A stretch of 64,000 nt of DNA, from contig OZ024741.1 in assembly GCA_964016885.1 (NCBI GenBank), positions 210,490,001 through 210,554,000 of the forward strand, read 5' to 3'. The translations under genes were made by a program, and so were the position numbers. Positions within the stretch are counted from its first letter, which is position 1. Each line of letters starts with the position of its first letter. Below, one piece after another: positions 55,500 to 64,000 of the stretch. Origin of the DNA: Eledone cirrhosa. Taxonomy: Eukaryota. Below the pieces are notes generated by a model that did no database searches, was not told the origin of the DNA, and worked only from the letters and a program-made list of their open reading frames with translations.

Positions 55500-58400
55500 T
55501 ATCTCAACCACAGTCCACTGTCTCAGCCTCAGTCCACTGTCTCAGCCTCAGTTCACCTATCTCAACCACAGTCCACTGTCTCAGCCTCAGTCCACTGTCT
55601 CAGCCACAGTCCACTGTCTCAGCCTCAGTCCACTGTCTCAGCCACAGTCCACCTATCTCAGCCACAGTCCACTGTCTCAGCCTCAGTCCACCTATCTCAG
55701 CCACAGTCCACTGTCTCAGCCACAGTCCACTGTCTCAGCCACAGTCCACTGTCTCAGCCTCAGTCCACTGTCTCAGCCACAGTCCAGCTATCTCAGCCAC
55801 AGTCCACTGTCTCAGCCTCTGTCCACCTATCTCAGCCACAGTCCACTGTCTCAGCCACAGTCCACTGTCTCAGCCACAGTCCACCTATCTCAGCCACAGT
55901 CCACTGTCTCAGCCTCAGTCCACTGTCTCAGTCTCAGTCCACTGTCTCAGCCTCAGTCCACCTATCTCAGCCACAGTCCACTGTCTCAGCCTCAGTCCAC
56001 TGTCTCAGCCACAGTCCACCTATCTCAGCCACAGTCCACCTATCTCACCCTCAGTCCACTGTCTCAGCCACAGTCCACCTATCTCAGCCTCAGTCCACTG
56101 TCTCAGCCTCAGTCCACCGTCTCAGCCACAGTCCACTGTCTCAGCCACAGTCCACTGTCTCAGCCACAGTCCACTGTCTCAGCCACAGTCCACCTATCTC
56201 AGCCACAGTCCACTGTCTCAGCCTCAGTTCACCTATCTCAACCACAGTCCACTGTCTCAGCCTCAGTTCACCTATCTCAACCACAGTCCACCTATCTCAG
56301 CCACAGTCCACTGTCTCAGCCTCAGTCCACCGTCTCAGCCACAGTCCACTGTCTCAGCCACAGTCCACTGTCTCAGCCACAGTCCACTGTCTCAGCCTCA
56401 GTTCACCTATCTCAACCACAGTCCACTGTCTCAGCCTCAATTCACCTATCTCAGCCACAGTCCACTGTCTCAGCCACAGTCCACCTATCTCAGTCTCAGT
56501 CCACTGTCTCAGCCACAGTCCACCTATCTCAGCCACAGTCCACTGTCTCAGCCTCAGTTCACCTATCTCAGCCACAGTCCACTGTCTCAGCCACAGTCCA
56601 CCTATCTCAGCCACAGTCCACTGTCTCAGCCTCAGTTCACCTATCTCAGCCACAGTCCACCTATCTCAGTCTCAGTCCACTGTCTCAGCCACAGTCCACC
56701 TATCTCAACCACAGTCCACTGTCTCAGCCTCAGTCCACCTATCTCAACCACAGTCCACCTATCTCAGTCTCAGTCCACTGTCTCAGCCACAGTCCATCTA
56801 TCTCAACCACAGTCCACTGTCTCAGCATCAGTTCACCTATCTCAGCCACAGTCCACCTATCTCAGTCTCAGTCCACTGTCTCAGCCACAGTCCACCTATC
56901 TCAGCCACAGTCCACTGTCTCAGCCTCAGTTCACCTATCTCAACCACAGTCCACCTATCTCAGTCTCAGTCCACTGTCTCAGCCACAGTCCACTGTCTCA
57001 GCCACAGTCCACCTATCTCAGCCACAGTCCACTGTCTCAGCCTCAGTTCACCTATCTCAACCACAGTCCACCTATCTCAGCCTCAGTCCACTGTCTCAGC
57101 CTCAGTTCACCTATCTCAGCCACAGTCCACTGTCTCAGCCACAGTCCACCTATCTCAGCCACAGTCCACTGTCTCAGCCACAGTCCACCTATCTCAACCA
57201 CAGTCCACTGTCTCAGCCACAGTCCACCTATCTCAGCCTCAGTCCACTGTCTCAGCCTCAGTCCACTGTCTCAGCCACAGTCCACTGTCTCAGCCTCAGT
57301 CCACTGTCTCAGCCACAGTCCACCTATCTCAGCCACAGTCCACTCTCTCAGCCACAGTCCACCTATCTCAGCCACAGTCCACTGTCTCAGCCTCAGTCCA
57401 CCTATCTCAGCCAGAGTCCACTGTCTCAGCCTCAGTCCACTGTCTCAGCCACAGTCCACCTATCTCAGCCACAGTCCACTGTCTCAGCCTCAGTCCACTG
57501 TCTCAGCCACAGGCCACCTATCTCAGCCACAGTCGACTGTCTCAGCCACAGTCCACCTATCTCAGCCACAGTCCACTGTCTCAGCCACAGTCCACCTATC
57601 TCAACCACAGTCCACTGTCTCAACCACAGTCCACTGTCTCAGCCTCAGTTTACCTATCTCAACCACAGTCCACTGTCTCAGCCTCAGTCCACTGTCTCAG
57701 CCACAGTCCACTGTCTCAGCCTCAGTCCACTGTCTCAGCCACAGTCCACTGTCTCAGCCTCAGTCCACTGTCTCAGCCACAGTCCACCTATCTCAGCCAC
57801 AGTCCACTGTCTCAGCCACAGTCCACTGTCTCAGCCACAGTCCACCTATCTCAACCACAGTCCACTGTCTCAACCACAGTCCACTGTCACAGCCTCAGTT
57901 CACCTATCTCAACCACAGTCCACTGTCTCAGCCTCAGTCCACCTATCTCAGCCACAGTCCACCTATCTCAGCCACAGTCCACCTATCTCAGCCACAGTCC
58001 ACTGTCTCAGCCTCAGTCCACTGTCTCAGCCACAGTCCACCTATCTCAGCCACAGTCCACTGTCTCAGCCACAGTCCACTGTCTCAGCCTCAGTCCACTG
58101 TCTCAGCCACAGTCCACCTATCTCAGCCACAGTCCACCTATCTCAGCCTCAGTCCACTGTCTCAGCCTCAGTCCACTGTCTCAGCCACAGTCCACCTATC
58201 TCAGCCACAGTCCACTGTCTCAGCCTCAGTCCACCTATCTCAGCCACAGTCCACCTATCTCAGCCACAGTCCACTGTCTCAGCCTCAGTCCACCTATCTC
58301 AGCCACAGTCCACCTATCTCAGCCACAGTCCACTGTTTCAGCCACAGTCCACTGTCTCAGCCACAGTCCACCTATCTCAACCACAGTCCACTGTCTCAAC

Positions 58401-61400
58401 CACAGTCCACTGTCTCAGCCACAGTCCACTGTCTCAGCCTCAGTCCACCTATCTCAGCCACAGTCCACCTATCTCAGCCACAGTCCACTGTCTCAGCCAC
58501 TGTCCACTGTCTCAGCCACAGTCCACCTATCTCAGCCACAGTCCACTGTCTCAGCCTCAGTCCACTGTCTCAGCCACAGTCGTCCTATCTCAGCCACAGT
58601 CCACCTATCTCAGCCACAGTCCACTGTCTCAGCCTCAGTTCACTGTCTCAGCCACAGTCCACTGTCTCAGCCTCAGTCCACTGTCTCAGCCTCAGTTCAC
58701 CTATCTCAACCACAGTCCACTGTCTCAGCCTCAGTCCACTGTCTCAGCCACAGTCCACTGTCTCAGCCTCAGTCCACTGTCTCAGCCACAGTCCACCTAT
58801 CTCAGCCACAGTCCACTGTCTCAGCCTCAGTCCACCTATCTCAGCCACAGTCCACTGTCTCAGCCACAGTCCACTGTCTCAGCCACAGTCCACTGTCTCA
58901 GCCTCAGTCCACTGTCTCAGCCACAGTCCACCTATCTCAGCCACAGTCCACTGTCTCAGCCTCAGTCCACCTATCTCAGCCACAGTCCACTGTCTCAGCC
59001 ACAGTCCACTGTCTCAGCCACAGTCCACCTATCTCAGCCACAGTCCACTGTCTCAGCCTCAGTCCACTGTCTCAGTCTCAGTCCACTGTCTCAGCCTCAG
59101 TCCACCTATCTCAGCCACAGTCCACTGTCTCAGCCTCAGTCCACTGTCTCAGCCACAGTCCACCTATCTCAGCCACAGTCCACCTATCTCACCCTCAGTC
59201 CACTGTCTCAGCCACAGTCCACCTATCTCAGCCTCAGTCCACTGTCTCAGCCTCAGTCCACCGTCTCAGCCACAGTCCACTGTCTCAGCCACAGTCCACT
59301 GTCTCAGCCACAGTCCACTGTCTCAGCCACAGTCCACCTATCTCAGCCACAGTCCACTGTCTCAGCCTCAGTTCACCTATCTCAACCACAGTCCACTGTC
59401 TCAGCCTCAGTTCACCTATCTCAACCACAGTCCACCTATCTCAGCCACAGTCCACTGTCTCAGCCTCAGTCCACCGTCTCAGCCACAGTCCACTGTCTCA
59501 GCCACAGTCCACTGTCTCAGCCACAGTCCACTGTCTCAGCCTCAGTTCACCTATCTCAACCACAGTCCACTGTCTCAGCCTCAATTCACCTATCTCAGCC
59601 ACAGTCCACTGTCTCAGCCACAGTCCACCTATCTCAGTCTCAGTCCACCTATCTCAGCCACAGTCCACCTATCTCAGCCACAGTCCACTGTCTCAGCCTC
59701 AGTTCACCTATCTCAGCCACAGTCCACTGTCTCAGCCACAGTCCACCTATCTCAGCCACAGTCCACTGTCTCAGCCTCAGTTCACCTATCTCAGCCACAG
59801 TCCACCTATCTCAGTCTCAGTCCACTGTCTCAGCCACAGTCCACCTATCTCAACCACAGTCCACTGTCTCAGCCTCAGTCCACCTATCTCAACCACAGTC
59901 CACCTATCTCAGTCTCAGTCCACTGTCTCAGCCACAGTCCATCTATCTCAACCACAGTCCACTGTCTCAGCATCAGTTCACCTATCTCAGCCACAGTCCA
60001 CCTATCTCAGTCTCAGTCCACTGTCTCAGCCACAGTCCACCTATCTCAGCCACAGTCCACTGTCTCAGCCTCAGTTCACCTATCTCAACCACAGTCCACC
60101 TATCTCAGTCTCAGTCCACTGTCTCAGCCACAGTCCACTGTCTCAGCCACAGTCCACCTATCTCAGCCACAGTCCACTGTCTCAGCCTCAGTTCACCTAT
60201 CTCAACCACAGTCCACCTATCTCAGCCTCAGTCCACTGTCTCAGCCTCAGTTCACCTATCTCAGCCACAGTCCACTGTCTCAGCCACAGTCCACCTATCT
60301 CAGCCACAGTCCACTGTCTCAGCCACAGTCCACCTATCTCAACCACAGTCCACTGTCTCAGCCACAGTCCACCTATCTCAGCCTCAGTCCACTGTCTCAG
60401 CCTCAGTCCACTGTCTCAGCCACAGTCCACTGTCTCAGCCTCAGTCCACTGTCTCAGCCACAGTCCACCTATCTCAGCCACAGTCCACTCTCTCAGCCAC
60501 AGTCCACCTATCTCAGCCACAGTCCACTGTCTCAGCCTCAGTCCACCTATCTCAGCCAGAGTCCACTGTCTCAGCCTCAGTCCACTGTCTCAGCCACAGT
60601 CCACCTATCTCAGCCACAGTCCACTGTCTCAGCCTCAGTCCACTGTCTCAGCCACAGTCCACCTACCTCAGCCACAGTCCACTGTCTCAGCCTCAGTCCA
60701 CTGTCTCAGCCACAGGCCACCTATCTCAGCCACAGTCGACTGTCTCAGCCACAGTCCACCTATCTCAGCCACAGTCCACTGTCTCAGCCACAGTCCACCT
60801 ATCTCAACCACAGTCCACTGTCTCAACCACAGTCCACTGTCTCAGCCTCAGTTCACCTATCTCAACCACAGTCCACTGTCTCAGCCTCAGTCCACTGTCT
60901 CAGCCACAGTCCACTGTCTCAGCCTCAGTCCACTGTCTCAGCCACAGTCCACTGTCTCAGCCTCAGTCCACTGTCTCAGCCACAGTCCACCTATCTCAGC
61001 CACAGTCCACTGTCTCAGCCACAGTCCACTGTCTCAGCCACAGTCCACCTATCTCAACCACAGTCCACTGTCTCAACCACAGTCCACTGTCACAGCCTCA
61101 GTTCACCTATCTCAACCACAGTCCACTGTCTCAGCCTCAGTCCACCTATCTCAGCCACAGTCCACCTATCTCAGCCACAGTCCACCTATCTCAGCCACAG
61201 TCCACTGTCTCAGCCTCAGTCCACTGTCTCAGCCACAGTCCACCTATCTCAGCCACAGTCCACTGTCTCAGCCACAGTCCACTGTCTCAGCCTCAGTCCA
61301 CTGTCTCAGCCACAGTCCACCTATCTTAGCCACAGTCCACCTATCTCAGCCTCAGTCCACTGTCTCAGCCTCAGTCCACTGTCTCAGCCACAGTCCACCT

Positions 61401-61830
61401 ATCTCAGCCACAGTCCACTGTCTCAGCCTCATTCCACCTATCTCAGCCACAGTCCACCTATCTCAGCCACAGTCCACTGTCTCAGCCTCAGTCCACCTAT
61501 CTCAGCCACAGTCCACCTATCTCAGCCACAGTCCACTGTTTCAGCCACAGTCCACTGTCTCAGCCACAGTCCACCTATCTCAACCACAGTCCACTGTCTC
61601 AACCACAGTCCACTGTCTCAGCCACAGTCCACTGTCTCAGCCTCAGTCCACCTATCTCAGCCACAGTCCACCTATCTCAGCCACAGTCCACTGTCTCAGC
61701 CACTGTCCACTGTCTCAGCCACAGTCCACCTATCTCAGCCACAGTCCACTGTCTCAGCCTCAGTCCACTGTCTCAGCCACAGTCGTCCTATCTCAGCCAC
61801 AGTCCACCTATCTCAGCCACAGTCCACTGT
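55500..61830. repeat. Tandem duplication in satellite C, period ~3.15-3.2 kb, also homologous to ~45,900-49,050
   Basis: The CCATCTATC variant T is at 47,151, 56,797 and 59,942. GTCGAC is at 47,944, 57,532 and 60,735. GTCGTCC is at ~48,991, ~58,579 and ~61,782. Confidence 0.88.
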
Positions 61831-64000
61831 CTCAGCCTCAGTTCACTGTCTCAGCCACAGTCCACCTATCTCAGCCACAGTCCACTGTCTCAGCCACAGT
61901 CCACCTATCTCAGCCACAGTCCACTGTCTCAGCCTCAGTCCACCTATCTCAGCCACAGTCCACTGTCTCAGCCTCAGTCCACTGTCTCAGCCACAGTCCA
62001 CCTATCTCAGCCACAGTCCACTGTCTCAGCCTCAGTCCACTGTCTCAGCCACAGTCCACCTATCTCAGCCACAGTCCACCTATCTCAGCCACAGTCCACT
62101 GTCTCAGCCTCAGTACACTGTCTCAGCCACAGTCCACCTATCTCAGCCACAGTCCACTGTCTCAGCCACAGTCCACCTATCTCAGCCACAGTCCACTGTC
62201 TCAGCCTCAGTCCACTGTCTCAGCCACAGTCCACCTATCTCAGCCACAGTCCACCTATCTCAACCACAGTCCACTGTCTCAGCCTCAGTTCACCTATCTC
62301 AACCACAGTCCACTGTCTCAGCCTCAGTCCACTGTCTCAGCCACAGTCCACTGTCTCAGCCTCATTCCACTGTCTCAGCCTCAGTCCACCTATGTCAGCC
62401 ACAGTCCACTGTCTCAGCCTCAGTCCACCTATCTCAGCCACAGACCACTGTCTCAGCCACAGTCCACCTATCTCAGCCACAGTCCACTGTCTCAGCCACA
62501 GTCCACCTATCTCAACCACAGTCCACTGTCTCAGCCTCAGTCCACTGTCTCAGCCTCAGTTCACCTATCTCAACCACAGTCCACTGTCTCAGCCTCAGTC
62601 CACTGTCTCAGCCACAGTCCACTGTCTCAGCCTCAGTCCACTGTCTCAGCCACAGTCCACCTATCTCAGCCACAGTCCACTGTCTCAGCCACAGTCCACC
62701 TATCTCAGCCACAGTCCACTGTCTCAGCCTCAATCCACCTATCTCAGCCACAGTCCACTGTCTCAGCCTCAGTCCACTGTCTCAGCCACAGTCCGCCTAT
62801 CTCACCCTCAGTCCACTGTCTCAGCCACAGTCCACCTATCTCAGCCTCAGTCCACCGTCTCAGCCACAGTCCACTGTCTCAGCCACAGTCCACTGTCTCA
62901 GCCTCAGTTCACCTATCTCAACCACAGTCCACTGTCTCAGCCACAGTCCACTGTCTCAGTCTCAGTCCACCTATCTCAGCCACAGTCCACTGTCTCAGCC
63001 TCAGTCCACTGTCTCAGCCACAGTCCACTGTCTCAGCCTCAGTCCACTGTCTCAGCCTCAGTCCACCTATCTCAACCACAGTCCACTGTCTCAGCCTCAG
63101 TTCACCTATCTCAGCCACAATCCACTGTCTCAGCCTCAGTCCACTGTCTCAGCCACAGTCCACTGTCTCAGCCTCAGTCCACTGTCTCAGCCTCAGTCCA
63201 CCTATCTCAACCACAGTCCACTGTCTCAGCCACAGTCCACCTATCTCAGCCACAGTCCACTGTCTCAGCCTCAGTCCACTGTCTCAGCCACAGTCCACCT
63301 ATCTCAGCCACAGTCCACTGTCTCAGCCACAGTCCACTGTCTCAGTCTCAGTCCACCTATCTCAGCCACAGTCCACTGTCTCAGCCACAGTCCACCTATC
63401 TCAGCCACAGTCCACCTATCTCAGCCACAGTCCACTGTCTCAGCCACAGTCCACCTATCTCAGTCTCAGTCCACTGTCTCAGCCACAGTCCACTGTCTCA
63501 GTCTCAGTCCACCTATCTCAGCCACAGTCCACTGTCTCAGCCACAGTCCACCTATCTCAGCCACAGTCCACTGTCTCAGCCACAGTCCACCTATCTCAGT
63601 CTCAGTCCACTGTCTCAGCCACAGTCCACTGTCTCAGCCACAGTCCACCTATCTCAGCCACAGTCCACCTATCTCAGCCACAGTCCACCTATCTCACCCT
63701 CAGTCCACTGTCTCAGCCACAGTCCACCTATCTCAGCCTCAGTCCACTGTCTCAGCCTCAGTCCACTGTCTCAGCCACAGTCCACCTATCTCAGCCTCAG
63801 TCCACTGTCTCAGCCTCAGTCCACTGTCTCAGCCTCAGTCCACCTATCTCAGCCACAGTCGACTGTCTCAGCCACAGTCCACCGTCTCAGCCACAGTCCA
63901 CTGTCTCAGCCACAGTCCACTGTCTCAGCCACAGTCCACTGTCTCAGCCACAGTCCACTGTCTCAGCCTCAGTTCACCTATCTCAACCACAGTCCACTGT

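Larger units (their letters stand above)
31941..64000. repeat. Satellite C: interspersed 19-bp CAGCC(A/T)CAGTCCACTGTCT and 20-bp CAGCC(A/T)CAGTCCACCTATCT monomers, open at the right window edge
   Basis: The array is continuous and homogeneous. Common variants are CAACCA, CAGTCT and CAGTTCA. The 39-bp 19+20 dimer translates as SQPQSTYLSHSPL in the ORF track. Confidence 0.98.

Noticed and set aside
31941-64000. CRISPR-like or iteron-like array
   Set aside because: Units are directly abutting with no unique spacers. There are no cas or rep genes and no prokaryotic gene context.
31941-64000. RAG recombination-signal heptamer look-alikes (CACAGTC, CACTGTC)
   Set aside because: They match CACAGTG/CACTGTG at only 6/7. 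There is no ACAAAAACC nonamer at 12/23 spacing and no V/D/J segments, and the second motif lacks the essential CAC on its reverse strand.
1-64000. Assigning organism or centromere identity
   Set aside because: No diagnostic sequence (known satellite family, CENP-B box, canonical telomere repeat) is recognisable to me. A database search is needed.

Overview
This window is almost entirely tandem-repeat (satellite/minisatellite) DNA of eukaryotic character. I find no supportable protein-coding gene, RNA gene, transposon or CRISPR array. There are three co-oriented arrays that all share a CAGCCACA core. Array A (1-~27,841) is an irregular mix of 8-bp CAGCCACA and 10-bp CAGCCACACA units. Array B (~27,842-31,060) is a more diverged 11-bp CAG(C/T)CACACAA repeat decaying into (CA)n/(TA)n. 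Array C (~31,550-64,000) mixes a 19-bp unit CAGCC(A/T)CAGTCCACTGTCT and a 20-bp unit CAGCC(A/T)CAGTCCACCTATCT. Only ~0.5 kb (31,061-31,550) lies outside these arrays: ~180 bp of complex sequence plus a polypyrimidine tract. Rare variants reveal nested kb-scale higher-order duplications, with offsets of 4,696, ~5,100, ~3,430-3,550 and 1,512 bp in A, and 3,327/3,288, 1,878, 2,637, ~3,150-3,200, 9,646 and 12,791 bp in C. The long ORFs are best explained as by-products of stop-poor repeats. The interest here lies in repeat architecture and evolution and in the tiny unique island. I could not support a new gene system. Offsets were read by eye from marker variants and the ORF track, and block boundaries are approximate.
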